IMG/VR virus record: IMGVR_UViG_3300022201_000002
Coordinates: 1-39,908 of that record
Length of the DNA stretch: 39,908 nucleotides
Strand: one strand, 5' to 3'
Source of the DNA: a virus
Lineage: Duplodnaviria > Caudoviricetes
Under the pieces are notes generated by a model, which worked only from the letters and a program-made list of their open reading frames with translations, had not been told where the DNA came from and made no database searches. This document shows positions 25,188 through 35,576 of this stretch, one piece after another; the first letter of the stretch is position 1; each line of letters opens with the position of its first letter. Position numbers and translations under genes: made by a program.

Positions 25188-26195
25188 ATGGCTTTAACAT
25201 CAGTCGAGAAGCTACAAGAAGCCTTCTCACTGGCGCTTGAGGATCGCTCCAAAGGTTATGCTGATCTGGTATCGAATTCCAATGCCATTCTCTATATTTG
25301 GCGGAAAAAGAACCAGTTCAGGGAATTTTCCGGACCGACGATTCGTGAGCGCTTGCTCTACAACGAAAGTGGGACATATACTCGATATTCCGGGTATGAC
25401 TTCCTGAACCCGCAACCAGCCGAACTGTTCAACGATGCGGAATATGTGCCGAAACTGGCGGCCGTATCGGTGACGCTTTCAAGTGAAGACATTCTGAAGA
25501 ATTCCGGTTCAAACCAGCTTCGGAATATCATGACAGAGCATATCAGCGCGGCTGAAACCGAACTGGTTGATCGATTTGTTGAGGATCTTCATTCAGACGG
25601 AACCGCAGCAAACCAGATCGGCGGCCTACAACTTGCAATCCCGACGGACCCGACAACGGGAACTTATGGCGGGATTGACAGGGCGGCCAATGCTATCTGG
25701 AGAACGACGACTTATGACGCGCACTCGGATTTTACCGGCATCACGCAGGTGAACTCGACGACTGTCAAGTCGATCTTCAACCAGATCATGAATGCTCGTT
25801 CCCGTGGCAACAAAGGCCCAGATTGCATCATTTGTTCTTCGGAACATTATGAAGCGTATCAGGCCGCTACGGAAGCGATCCAGCGTATCAACGATACCGG
25901 TACGTTGGGCAAACTGGGCTTTACAGCCCTTAAATACTATGGCGGTGGCAAGTCCGTTGATGTGGTGTTGGAAGGTGGAATTGGATCGGCAATGCCGTCT
26001 GATACGACTTACTTCATCGATTCTTCGGGAATGGGTTTCCGCTACCATCCGGATCGTAACTTCGTCAAATTCGGCGGCAAGCAAATGCCGGTGAATCAGG
26101 ACGCGATTGTTCAGCACATCGGTTTTTACGGTGAAGTCTGTCTGAGCAATCCGCTCCACATGGTGAAGATGTACGATTCGACTCCGGCCTCGTAA
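25188..26195 (+). CDS. Major capsid protein
   Basis: 335 aa after scaffold; strong AGGAG RBS; RYSGYD.L, DGT..NQIGGLQ, GTYGGIDRA....WR, PVNQDA motifs. Confidence 0.88.
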   Translation: MALTSVEKLQEAFSLALEDRSKGYADLVSNSNAILYIWRKKNQFREFSGPTIRERLLYNESGTYTRYSGYDFLNPQPAELFNDAEYVPKLAAVSVTLSSEDILKNSGSNQLRNIMTEHISAAETELVDRFVEDLHSDGTAANQIGGLQLAIPTDPTTGTYGGIDRAANAIWRTTTYDAHSDFTGITQVNSTTVKSIFNQIMNARSRGNKGPDCIICSSEHYEAYQAATEAIQRINDTGTLGKLGFTALKYYGGGKSVDVVLEGGIGSAMPSDTTYFIDSSGMGFRYHPDRNFVKFGGKQMPVNQDAIVQHIGFYGEVCLSNPLHMVKMYDSTPAS

Positions 26196-26207
26196 AGGAG
26201 ACTGATC

Positions 26208-26690
26208 ATGGCATGGAAGATTGAAGAAAATCGCCTTGGCCAGACTCTTATCGGTTCGGTTGATACGGCGGCGGCGGTGCCTGTTGGCACCATCGTTCGT
26301 GCGACCGATCCGGATTATGGGTCTGGTGAATTCATCTATCTCGCTGGTGTCGCGTCAACGGCAGTCGGCGATTGGGTGACCTATAACATGGATGATGGTT
26401 CAACGACTCGATTGGCAGCAAATGCTATCGGGCCGGTGGCTATTGCCATGGCTGCTACCGTTGCCTCAACGTGGGGATGGTATCAGATCGGCGGAAAGGC
26501 TGTTGGTGCAGCTTCGACCGGATTTGTCGATAATGCAAATGTCTACGCGACTGCTACAGCAGGCGAAGTGGATGATGCTGTTGTCGCTGGCGATCGGGTC
26601 AAGCGTGCCAAGGGTGCATCGGCTGTTGCTGGTGGAGTTGCTGATTTTGAGATTGATCGTCCATTTATGGATGATGGTCTCGCAGCGTAA
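26208..26690 (+). CDS. Capsid decoration/cement protein (probable)
   Basis: Ala/Gly/Val-rich 160 aa after capsid; GEFIYL.GVAST..G; WGWYQI.G; followed by hairpin. Confidence 0.65.
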   Translation: MAWKIEENRLGQTLIGSVDTAAAVPVGTIVRATDPDYGSGEFIYLAGVASTAVGDWVTYNMDDGSTTRLAANAIGPVAIAMAATVASTWGWYQIGGKAVGAASTGFVDNANVYATATAGEVDDAVVAGDRVKRAKGASAVAGGVADFEIDRPFMDDGLAA

Positions 26691-26697
26691 ACAATCT

Positions 26698-26720
26698 GGG
26701 GCGGCTTCGGCCGCCCCTTT
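26698..26720 (+). terminator. Intrinsic terminator/stabilising hairpin after capsid genes
   Basis: GGGGCGGC-TTCG-GCCGCCCC (8 bp, UUCG loop) followed by TTT. Confidence 0.75.
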
Positions 26721-26746
26721 CGCACCCTCTCAGAAAGGAATTATCC

Positions 26747-27487
26747 ATGTATGAGGAAGACACAAGTCATCTGTTTATTGAATTTTGGGAAACCGAACCG
26801 ATTGAAAACAAGGCAGAAAGCCGAAAGGCCGGACGTCCGATTTTCGAGACCAAAGAAATGGTCAAAATCCGATGGGTAGGAGATAATAAGCGGGTGCATA
26901 ACGCACCGGCCGATGAAGTGGCCAAGCGTGTCATGGATCAGAACGGTAATTTTGTCGGCTTGTCCTATAAGGAACGCTGGCCAAAGCATTATCAGGCTTT
27001 CAAGGATCAGAAAGCCCCACCAATCGATGGAACACCATTGAGTGAACTTTCGGTTCTGACAGCGGTGAAAGTCGCCGAATTGAAAGCCCTGAACATTCAC
27101 ACGATTGAGTCTCTGGCTGGATTGGATACGACTGGCCGCAAGCGTCTTGGAATGGGCGCTATGGAGCTTAAGCAACAAGCTCAGGCGCATCTTGACATCG
27201 TGAAGGGTGAAGCTGTCCCCATGCAGCTTATCGCTGAGAATGAAGCCCTGAAAGCCCAGATGGAACAGCTTCAATCCCAAATGGATGCATTAAGTGGGAA
27301 AACAGAAACATCATATGGCCCTACGATAACACGTCCATCCGAACCTTCACCGTTTGATGAAATGGAAGACAATGATATCAAGGCATTTCTGAAAGACCGC
27401 ACTGGTCAAGCGCCTCGCGGTCGTGTTTCGCGTGAAACATTAATCAGAATGGCTGATGATGTTATAGCTACCGAAGAAGCCGCATAG
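26747..27487 (+). CDS. Hypothetical head-tail region protein with HhH-like and C-terminal HeH-like motifs
   Basis: S..AGRPIF, GTPL.EL..L......ELKALNIHTIESLA.L; position after capsid operon. Confidence 0.7.
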   Translation: MYEEDTSHLFIEFWETEPIENKAESRKAGRPIFETKEMVKIRWVGDNKRVHNAPADEVAKRVMDQNGNFVGLSYKERWPKHYQAFKDQKAPPIDGTPLSELSVLTAVKVAELKALNIHTIESLAGLDTTGRKRLGMGAMELKQQAQAHLDIVKGEAVPMQLIAENEALKAQMEQLQSQMDALSGKTETSYGPTITRPSEPSPFDEMEDNDIKAFLKDRTGQAPRGRVSRETLIRMADDVIATEEAA

Positions 27488-27496
27488 GAGATCAAC

Positions 27497-27727
27497 ATGG
27501 CAAAATTTGAGAAACTTCAGGCCCCCATTTACGTCTCGGCTTATCGGCCGGCTGTAGATGCGGCTCCGCCTTGGGCACCCAAGAAAATGCCCAAAAAGAT
27601 GAACGATGATGACTGGCTTGTGCAGGAGGGCAAGAAAATTTCTGTAGTCAGCAATGCCGATATGAATACGAAATATAAATTCGTCAATCTGACACGGAAA
27701 TTTCCAGGTGAGGCATTGGCGGGATGA
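27497..27727 (+). CDS. Hypothetical protein
   Basis: AGGAG RBS; ATGA overlap with next gene. Confidence 0.65.
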   Translation: MAKFEKLQAPIYVSAYRPAVDAAPPWAPKKMPKKMNDDDWLVQEGKKISVVSNADMNTKYKFVNLTRKFPGEALAG

Positions 27728-28416
27728 CCATTCTGAGCGTCTGCCAGCAAGTCACACCGGTTATTGGGCTTGAGGTTCCAACACAGGTTTTCGGCGGCAC
27801 TGACCGGGAACAAATAGAGCTTCAAGCCTTGGCCAATGAAATGGCACAACGGATCGCGCGTGCTCATGATTGGGAATTGCTGACAACGCTTTCGACATAT
27901 ACCGGTGATGGAGTTGCAGAAACATTTGCACTCCCATCGGATTATGACAGAATGCCAAAAAAGGCGCAGCTTTGGTCATCGTCTCTTGAGACGCCTCTAA
28001 CACATATAACATCAACAGACAGATGGCTTGATCTGGACGTCAGATCGTTTGATTTTGTCATCAATGCCTGGATCAAGATCGGTGGGGAAATCGGCATTAA
28101 GCCAGCCATGGCGACTGGCGTTACGGCAAAGCATTATTATCAATCGAATCTCATTGTTGAGCCTGTATCAGGACCAAATCAAACAGAATTCCTGTTGGAT
28201 ACGGATGCATTCCGGTTGTCAGAGCGCCTTCTTAAATTAGGTATGATCTGGCAGTGGAAAGCCAACAAAGGGCATCCATATGCTGAAGATTTGGCCAATT
28301 ACGAGGAATTCAAGGAGAAGGAAATCAGCGACGATAAGGGTTCCAGAATCCTCTTTATTGGTCCACGCCGCCGTCCGAAAGGAACAAGAACGGCATATCC
28401 GCAGGCAATCGTATGA
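27724..28416 (+). CDS. Head-tail adaptor protein
   Basis: MTILSVCQ..., HDW..L, LPSDYDR, ERLLKLGMIWQWK..KG..YAED; position before nozzle. Confidence 0.75.
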   Translation: MTILSVCQQVTPVIGLEVPTQVFGGTDREQIELQALANEMAQRIARAHDWELLTTLSTYTGDGVAETFALPSDYDRMPKKAQLWSSSLETPLTHITSTDRWLDLDVRSFDFVINAWIKIGGEIGIKPAMATGVTAKHYYQSNLIVEPVSGPNQTEFLLDTDAFRLSERLLKLGMIWQWKANKGHPYAEDLANYEEFKEKEISDDKGSRILFIGPRRRPKGTRTAYPQAIV

Positions 28417-30014
28417 GAGCGGCATTACGCAGAGTTCCGGTAGCACGTAAGGAACGCCAGAAAAGCAAGGTCAAGACATTTCCGGCTCCACACAGAGGAT
28501 GGATTGCCAATGAGAACTTGGCTAATGTCGCGGCAGGTGGAGCCTTTAGGTTAGAGAATTTTTTCCCGACACAGACCGGGATAAGAATGCGGAAGGGGAC
28601 TGCGCTTTTTGCGACGATCGATACGAATCCTGTCAAGAGTTTGTTTTCTTATCGGTCCGGTGCAACGAATAAGATATTTGCCTCTAATGCATCATCGATT
28701 TTCAATATTTCGGCTGTTGCCGATCCAGAGGTTCCGCCGACGGCTGATGTGACAGGGCAGACAAGCGGTTATTATTCGACTGTCCAATTTGAGACGGCTG
28801 GAGGGGATTTTCTCTATTGCGTTAATGGTGATGATAGTCCGCAACTTTATGACAATTCGACATGGACGGCGATTACCGGTGCGTCGTCTCCAGCCATTAC
28901 TGGTGTCACGACATCACTTCTGATTCAAGTTTGGGTATATCGAAGCCGACTTTATTTCGTCGAGAAAAATTCTATGTCAGCATGGTATCTACCGGCTGAC
29001 AGTGTTGGCGGGGCGGCTTCAGAAGTCTCTATGAGAGGCGTTTTCCAAAAAGGCGGAAGCCTTCTTATGGGCGCTACATGGTCGCTGGATGCCGGTGACG
29101 GTGTTGATGATAAATGCGTGTTTGTCTCAGATCAGGGCGAAGTCGCGATTTTTGATGGTTTGGACCCCGGAGATGCCACATGGAGACTCGTTGGACGATA
29201 TGATATCGCGTCACCTTTAGGGAAAAATGCCACCATGAGGGCAGGTGGCGATCTTCTGATCATGACGGAAGATGGCATTGTACCGATCTCCCAGACAATT
29301 CATAAAGACCCAGCGGCCTTATCACTCGCAGCCATCACACGACAAATTGAACCGGAATGGAAAAAAGAAGTCACATCAAGGTCAGCCAATGGACCTTGGG
29401 AAATTCTCAAATGGCCATCTGGCAACATGGCGATTGTCGGCCTTCCGGGATCGGCAAATGAGGATCCGAGATATTGTTTTGTTGTGAATGTGGAAACAGG
29501 CGCATGGGCCAAATGGCCGGGATATGATGTGCAATGTTTATCACTACATGCGGACCATGCCTATTTTGGGACAATGGACGGAACAATCCTGAAGACGGAA
29601 ACCGGCGGCGATGATAATGGCGCTCCTTATGAGTGTATCTACATTCAGCATTTCGATCATCTGAAAGCTCCAGCGGTCAACAAACACGCGTTGATGGCGC
29701 GTGGGACATTTCGTGCAAGTCAACCATTTAATCCCAAAATCAGCGTTTCCACGGATTACACCGTAACACTGCCATCCGCCCCATCATCTTCCACGACAGT
29801 AGTTGGTGATGTATGGGGTACTGGTTCCTTATGGGGCACAGCAATATGGGGAAGTGGCGGAGTTCTAACAACATCGACAAAATGGGTATCCATAGGTCGA
29901 AACGGATTTGCAATTGCCCCACAACTTCAGATAACGGCGGGCAGTTCGGTTGCGCCGGACGCGGAATTAATCTCCTTTGATCTGCTTTATGAGACTGGCG
30001 GAGTCGTTGTGTGA
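28413..30014 (+). CDS. Tail nozzle / packaged-DNA stabilisation protein (P22 gp10-like)
   Basis: FPAP..GW...ENFFP N-terminus; beta-propeller-like 533 aa; position after adaptor. Confidence 0.75.
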   Translation: MRAALRRVPVARKERQKSKVKTFPAPHRGWIANENLANVAAGGAFRLENFFPTQTGIRMRKGTALFATIDTNPVKSLFSYRSGATNKIFASNASSIFNISAVADPEVPPTADVTGQTSGYYSTVQFETAGGDFLYCVNGDDSPQLYDNSTWTAITGASSPAITGVTTSLLIQVWVYRSRLYFVEKNSMSAWYLPADSVGGAASEVSMRGVFQKGGSLLMGATWSLDAGDGVDDKCVFVSDQGEVAIFDGLDPGDATWRLVGRYDIASPLGKNATMRAGGDLLIMTEDGIVPISQTIHKDPAALSLAAITRQIEPEWKKEVTSRSANGPWEILKWPSGNMAIVGLPGSANEDPRYCFVVNVETGAWAKWPGYDVQCLSLHADHAYFGTMDGTILKTETGGDDNGAPYECIYIQHFDHLKAPAVNKHALMARGTFRASQPFNPKISVSTDYTVTLPSAPSSSTTVVGDVWGTGSLWGTAIWGSGGVLTTSTKWVSIGRNGFAIAPQLQITAGSSVAPDAELISFDLLYETGGVVV

Positions 30015-30472
30015 ATCTGCTTTATGGCCATGATGGTATCGTTGCAGATTTTGTGGCTAAATCGGTTCCTGGACTAGAAAGAGGATTTGGAGCCTGCAAG
30101 ACGATTGGCGTTCTTGACAATGGGAATCTGATTGCAGGTTTAGTCTATCATAATTGGAATCCTGAGTCAGGGGTAATTGAGATATCCGGATCAGCGCTTA
30201 ATCCAAGATGGTTAACGCGCGAAGTTCTCAGGGAAATGTTTGATTATCCATTTAAGCGCTGCGGCTGTCAGATGGTCGTAATGCGCGTCTCGGAGCATAA
30301 CAAACGGCTCCATAGACAACTCAAGGCGTATGGCTTCAAAAGCTATGAAATCCCCCGGTTAAGAGGCCGGAAGGAAAGCGAAATCATTTTCACGCTGACA
30401 GATGATGACTGGCAAGCGGGAAAATTCATGAGGTCTCCCAATGGGAAAACCAAAAGCACCGCCGCCGCCTGA
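30011..30472 (+). CDS. GNAT-fold protein of the tail/ejection module
   Basis: IGV...G.LIAG.VYHNW....IEIS....RWLTR......FDYPF...GC......V...N......GF; GTG start overlapping upstream stop. Confidence 0.8.
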   Translation: MNLLYGHDGIVADFVAKSVPGLERGFGACKTIGVLDNGNLIAGLVYHNWNPESGVIEISGSALNPRWLTREVLREMFDYPFKRCGCQMVVMRVSEHNKRLHRQLKAYGFKSYEIPRLRGRKESEIIFTLTDDDWQAGKFMRSPNGKTKSTAAA

Positions 30473-31445
30473 TCCGCAGAAAACGGCAGCGGCACAAACG
30501 GGCACGAATGTTGCAACATCGATTGCCAACCAACAATTGCAGAATGTCAATCAAGTAACACCATATGGTAATGTCACATATAATCAAACAGGCACATATC
30601 GCATGTTTGATCCGACTTCAAAACAATGGTTTGACATTCCCAAACAAACGGCCACGCAAACATTTTCGCCCTCACAGCAGGCGATTTTTGATCAATCGCA
30701 AGCTGCGCAATTGAATCTGGCAGGTACGGCTGCGGATCAATCTGCGTTTCTCAAGGACTATTTGGGGCAACCTGTTGATCTTAATAATGAGTCTGTTGAG
30801 TCCAAATTATTCAAACTTGGACGAGAACGGCTTGATCCTGCTTTACAGGAACGTCGACAGCGATTGGAATCCAGTTTAGCCAATCGTGGCGTAAAAATGG
30901 GATCAGATGCATTCGATCGGGCGATTGAGCTTAACAGGCAATCTGAAAACGATGCCTATAATCAACTTCTGTTAGGTGGACGCCGGCAAGCGGTTCAGGA
31001 AGCGCTTACAGAACGAAATCAGCCGATCAATGAAATCACGGCGCTTTTATCAGGGTCGCAGGTTTCTCAGCCGCAATTCATCAATTCGCAACAACCGCAG
31101 ATCCCGACGGTCGATTATGCCGGGTTGGTCCAAGATAATTATAATCAGCAACTTGGAATATGGAATCAGCAAAATGCCTATCGAAATAATCTCGTAGGAG
31201 GATTATTTGGCTTAGGCGCTGCCGGAATAAGAGCCTCAGATAAGCGGGTGAAAAAAGATATTAAGAAGGCCGGTTCAATTGATGGAATGGGTCTTTATCG
31301 CTTTCATTATAAGGGCGAAGATAAATCAGCGCCAATGCATCTTGGTTTGATGGCACAAGAAGTTGAGAAGCGTAAGCCAGAAGCGGTGATCGAACATCAA
31401 GGAATCAAGATGGTCGATTATGACAGAGCGCTGGAGGCGGGCTGA
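30441..31445 (+). CDS. Putative ejection/pilot protein with C-terminal peptidase S74 intramolecular chaperone domain
   Basis: MGKPKAPPPPDP, NQVTPYG, Gln-rich body; SDKRVKKDI...YRFHYKG...GLMAQEVEK..PEAV...VDY. Confidence 0.75.
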   Translation: MGKPKAPPPPDPQKTAAAQTGTNVATSIANQQLQNVNQVTPYGNVTYNQTGTYRMFDPTSKQWFDIPKQTATQTFSPSQQAIFDQSQAAQLNLAGTAADQSAFLKDYLGQPVDLNNESVESKLFKLGRERLDPALQERRQRLESSLANRGVKMGSDAFDRAIELNRQSENDAYNQLLLGGRRQAVQEALTERNQPINEITALLSGSQVSQPQFINSQQPQIPTVDYAGLVQDNYNQQLGIWNQQNAYRNNLVGGLFGLGAAGIRASDKRVKKDIKKAGSIDGMGLYRFHYKGEDKSAPMHLGLMAQEVEKRKPEAVIEHQGIKMVDYDRALEAG

Positions 31446-33139
31446 TGGGCTTCATATTTGGCGGTAACACCAACCTTACACCAGAACAAGTTAAGCGACA
31501 ACGGGAAATCGCTCGAGCATTACTAAGAGGCGGTCGGATGCCTCGCAATGTTGGTGAGGGATTAACGGCTGTAGGAGATGCAATATCCGGGCGCATTATA
31601 GAATCAAGAGCAAACAAGGCCGAGAAATCCGGTCGAGAGGAATTCGCCAGCCTACTTGGCGATTATGTTGGTGGCACTGCGGACCGTGGCGTTCCGGAAA
31701 TCCCTCCCGCCGTTGATGCCGGGTCTGCGGTGCCATCAGCCTTTAATGTTGATAAAACGCTTCCTAGAGGAATCAGGAATAACAACCCAGGGAATATTGA
31801 AGCCGGCGCATTTACCCAGAAATTGCCGGGGTTTATTGGAAGTGATGGTCGTTTTGCACAATTTGAAACGCCAGAACAGGGCGTTAATGCAATGGGGCAG
31901 TTATTGGAATCATATGGAAGGCGTGGGCATAACACACTATCAAAAATTATAAATAGATGGGCACCCTCAACGGAAAATAATACACGAGCTTATATACAAT
32001 CAGTTGCATCAAATACTGGTATTGATCCAAACATGCCGTTGGATTTATCAGATCCAAACATTAAAAATGCAGTCACTCAAGCAATGATTTTGCACGAAAA
32101 TGGAATGCCATTACCGTCCAGTCTGGGGGCTGGTGAATCAACAATATTGCCACGCGGTCAAGTGGATTCACTTGCAGCACCACAGCAAGTGGCACAGGCG
32201 TTAAATACCCAACAGGGTGCACAGAGAGGTCCGTCAGGCATTGATCCGCAATTAATGCGTATCCTGAATCATCGGTTTGCTGGTGATGCTACACCGGGAC
32301 AGAAAATGCTTATAGATACCATGCTGAAACAGCAGATGGAAGCTGGCCAACCACCTGACCCAATGGAGCAAGCAAGATTGCGCAACTTACAGCTTCGCAA
32401 TCAGCAATTAATGCGAGATCCCAATCTGCTTTCACCTGACGCACTAGAACAACAATTACAACTTAAGCCAGAAACAAATATATCCGTTGATACGACAGGA
32501 AATGCGTTCGCTAAAAAATTTGGAGCAATGAATGCGGAAGCATTTTTTGAGCGTCGCGCTGCTGCCAACGATGCTGTAGCTTCATTGTCTGCAACGCATC
32601 AAGCTAAACAATTGTTAGATAGCGGTATTATCACAGGAGCGGGTGCGGAATGGATTGTGAGTGCGGGTAAAGCGTTACAGCGAATGGGTGTTAATATGGC
32701 GGAGGATCCAATTGCTAATACAGAAGCATTTGCCGCAACGCGAGCACAAGAGGTTGGTAGGATTATTAAATTGTTCGGTGCTGGAACAGGATTGTCGGAT
32801 GCTGACCGCGAATTTGCAACTAAGGCAGCGGCTGGTGAAATTACAATGAACGAACAATCGATAAGGCGTATTTTGGATATTAATGAAAAGGCATCACTTG
32901 ATTTGATTACGCGATTTAATAAAGACGCAGAAGCAATTGATCCACAATTATCGCCATTTCCATTACAAATAGAGGTTCCGGAATTTGGATCTGATCCGAG
33001 AGAACAAGCCAAAGAGGAATTGCGCCGTCGAAAAACGCAGTCATTTCCAGAAGGCGCAACTGAGGAAGATATCCAGCATACCATGAAAAAGCATGGTATG
33101 ACGCGCGAACAGGTTTTGGAGGCAATCAATGCCCGTTGA
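31445..33139 (+). CDS. Putative ejection protein with lysozyme-like muralytic domain
   Basis: RGIRNNNPGNI...DGRFAQFETPEQG....LL..Y...TL..II.RWAP..ENNT.AY. Confidence 0.75.
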   Translation: MGFIFGGNTNLTPEQVKRQREIARALLRGGRMPRNVGEGLTAVGDAISGRIIESRANKAEKSGREEFASLLGDYVGGTADRGVPEIPPAVDAGSAVPSAFNVDKTLPRGIRNNNPGNIEAGAFTQKLPGFIGSDGRFAQFETPEQGVNAMGQLLESYGRRGHNTLSKIINRWAPSTENNTRAYIQSVASNTGIDPNMPLDLSDPNIKNAVTQAMILHENGMPLPSSLGAGESTILPRGQVDSLAAPQQVAQALNTQQGAQRGPSGIDPQLMRILNHRFAGDATPGQKMLIDTMLKQQMEAGQPPDPMEQARLRNLQLRNQQLMRDPNLLSPDALEQQLQLKPETNISVDTTGNAFAKKFGAMNAEAFFERRAAANDAVASLSATHQAKQLLDSGIITGAGAEWIVSAGKALQRMGVNMAEDPIANTEAFAATRAQEVGRIIKLFGAGTGLSDADREFATKAAAGEITMNEQSIRRILDINEKASLDLITRFNKDAEAIDPQLSPFPLQIEVPEFGSDPREQAKEELRRRKTQSFPEGATEEDIQHTMKKHGMTREQVLEAINAR

Positions 33140-34604
33140 TTTATTGGTAGGACGAAAAAAACCGCGCGATCTTTTATCCAGCAGTCAATCACCTTATGAT
33201 GAAACTTATTTCGCTCAAGGTACTTCAGGCGTTAATGAAGGCATCGCTAATGTTTTAGGACTTCCTGTGGATATAGCCAATACGGCTATTGGATTGGGGA
33301 TGCGCGGCGCAAATAGAGCGTTAGGAACTGAGTTACAGCCATCGCAAAAGCCTTTTTTGGGTAGCCGTTTCATAAGGGAGGGATTGGAGGATATCGGATC
33401 AATTCGTCCAGAGAGTCAAGACCCTAGAAAGCAAGTCGTTAGACGCATTGGGCAAGAGGTTGGCGCATCTGTGGTGCCTGGCGGAACAGTTATTGGGCAG
33501 GCAGCGAGACCAGTGCGAGCGGGCGCAAAATTATTGGCGTCATCAGTAGGAAGCGGGACGGGTGGTGCTATTGCAGAGCAAGTAGCTCCGGATAATGCTA
33601 TAGCAGAAATGGCCGGGCAAGTTATTGGAGGCGGGTTCACGGCTGGCGGTCTTGCTGCGGCAGAGCGTAGGGCGAGAAATAAAGCGTTTCGTAGCACAAT
33701 TCCTTCGATTGAGGGATTAAAGGATCAAGCGTCAAAACAATATGATGCAGCGGAAGCTTTGGGAGTCACCGCATCGTCCACAATCACAAAACAGATTGCA
33801 CAGGATATCCGCAAAATTGCTACAAATGAAGGCGTCATTACACCGACAGGACGAATAGCAAAAGGCTATCCTAAAGTACGGGATGTTATCAATGCGGCTG
33901 ATGATTATGCGCAAGGAACGATGACTGTTCCGCAAATGAAGGCAGCACGTAAAACATTTCAAGCGGCGGCGCAAAGTGCAGATAAGGGTGAAAGTCGAAT
34001 CGGCACTATTATGTTAGAGCAATTCGATGATACAATAGCGCCCATTGCCCAGCCATTAACAGAAGCGCGAGCCTTATATCACGCTGCAATGAAGGCAGAA
34101 ACATTAGATCAAGCTAAAGAATTGGCTGGATCCAGGGCTGGACAATTTAGCGGATCAGGTTTTGAAAATGCCCTGAGAACTGAATTTCGTGGCCTGGAAA
34201 GAGCGGCAATAAAAGATAAATTCCCTATGAGGGGATTTACGCCGGATGAGAGGGCGGCTGTTAGTCGAGTTGCACAAGGCACAAGAGGGTCAAACATTGC
34301 AAGAGGATTCGGGAAATTAGCTCCAACAGGTGTTGTTTCCGGCGGAGTTAATATAATGCCAGCCCTTACGGGTGTAGTGACAGGCAATCCAATGGCTGGA
34401 GCGGCTGTAAGCGGCGCAATGGCAGGAACGGGAATTGCTGGCAGGGCTATTGCCACAAGAATGGGTTTGAATAATGCCGAATTAGCCGAACTTTTAGTGA
34501 GAAATCAAGGGGCACTAACAAAAGCACCGGCAATTTCAGATGAAATGCGCCGCATTATAGCGGCTTTAACGATAGCCCAAGGAGCAAATGCAAATGCGCG
34601 ATAA
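33129..34604 (+). CDS. Putative DNA ejection/internal virion protein
   Basis: Ala/Gly-rich 491 aa with hydrophobic Gly-rich segments; third large gene after the nozzle. Confidence 0.6.
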   Translation: MPVDLLVGRKKPRDLLSSSQSPYDETYFAQGTSGVNEGIANVLGLPVDIANTAIGLGMRGANRALGTELQPSQKPFLGSRFIREGLEDIGSIRPESQDPRKQVVRRIGQEVGASVVPGGTVIGQAARPVRAGAKLLASSVGSGTGGAIAEQVAPDNAIAEMAGQVIGGGFTAGGLAAAERRARNKAFRSTIPSIEGLKDQASKQYDAAEALGVTASSTITKQIAQDIRKIATNEGVITPTGRIAKGYPKVRDVINAADDYAQGTMTVPQMKAARKTFQAAAQSADKGESRIGTIMLEQFDDTIAPIAQPLTEARALYHAAMKAETLDQAKELAGSRAGQFSGSGFENALRTEFRGLERAAIKDKFPMRGFTPDERAAVSRVAQGTRGSNIARGFGKLAPTGVVSGGVNIMPALTGVVTGNPMAGAAVSGAMAGTGIAGRAIATRMGLNNAELAELLVRNQGALTKAPAISDEMRRIIAALTIAQGANANAR

Positions 34605-34698
34605 TTCTGGTCGAAAAATCGAAATTTACAGTCCAGGCGAAAAGATATGGATAGCAATCTTTTTTGGGGCACTTGCGCTTACATTCTTTTTAAGTTGA
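34588..34698 (+). CDS. Possible 36-aa membrane peptide (MQMRDNSGRKIEIYSPGEKIWIAIFFGALALTFFLS)
   Basis: AGGAG at 34580-34584; fills the intergenic gap; one hydrophobic C-terminal helix. Confidence 0.4.
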   Translation: MQMRDNSGRKIEIYSPGEKIWIAIFFGALALTFFLS

Positions 34699-34711
34699 TA
34701 GGAGATAGCCA

Positions 34712-35575
34712 ATGCCTAGAGATGGCGGAGGTGTAATGTCGTGGCCAGCCGGTACGAACCCGGCTGATGGTGAAGACATTGACGCTGCAACAGAGAATGC
34801 CTTCCTTAATGATTTGCTGGCGGATCTAAATGCAGCACGTCCGATAACGGCAGGCGGCACTGGTTCAACATCGGCATCAGGAGCGCGTACAGCACTCGGA
34901 TTAGCGATTGGAACTGATGTACAGGCATTCGGTGCCGTTCTTGATGATCTGAATACGCTTGGCGCTAATTCTGCCGATAGCGAATTCTTAGTAGGCACGG
35001 GGGCTGGTGCACTTGCATGGGAAACGGGCGCAACAGCCAGAACCTCTCTTGGCTTGACGATAGGAACCGATGTTCAAGCATATGATGATGAGCTGGCTGC
35101 CTTAGCAGGCTTGACATCCGCTGCTGATAAAATGCCCCGATTTACCGGATCTGGGACTGCTGATCTTGTCGATTTTTTAGATGAAGACACGATGGCGTCA
35201 GATAGCGCGACTGCTGTTGCATCGCAACAAAGTATTAAAACATACGTTGATACAGCGATTGCCGGCGTATCTAATACGGCCTCGTCATGGGTTAATTTTA
35301 ATGGAACCGGAACAGTAGCGATTCGTGATGATGCCAATGTATCGTCAATTACAGATAATGCTTTAGGCGATTACACAATAAACTTTACGACGACATTAGC
35401 AAATGCCAATTATGCAATTGTTGGATCGGGAGAAAGCGTAGGAGGGCATCCGCTTATTGTTTCGATAAATCCATCAGCGGCTCCCACTACTAGCGCATTT
35501 AGAATTAAAACGGAAAATCATGCATCAAACCATGTAGATCCGCCCATAGTTTCTGTAATAACCTTTGGAGGCTAA
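34712..35575 (+). CDS. Short tail fibre protein
   Basis: MPRDGGG....PAGT tail-attachment N-terminus; two ART.LGL.IGTDVQA repeats; C-terminal WVNFNGTGTVAIR...NVSSITD...GDYTINF. Confidence 0.8.
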   Translation: MPRDGGGVMSWPAGTNPADGEDIDAATENAFLNDLLADLNAARPITAGGTGSTSASGARTALGLAIGTDVQAFGAVLDDLNTLGANSADSEFLVGTGAGALAWETGATARTSLGLTIGTDVQAYDDELAALAGLTSAADKMPRFTGSGTADLVDFLDEDTMASDSATAVASQQSIKTYVDTAIAGVSNTASSWVNFNGTGTVAIRDDANVSSITDNALGDYTINFTTTLANANYAIVGSGESVGGHPLIVSINPSAAPTTSAFRIKTENHASNHVDPPIVSVITFGG

Positions 35576-35576
35576 T

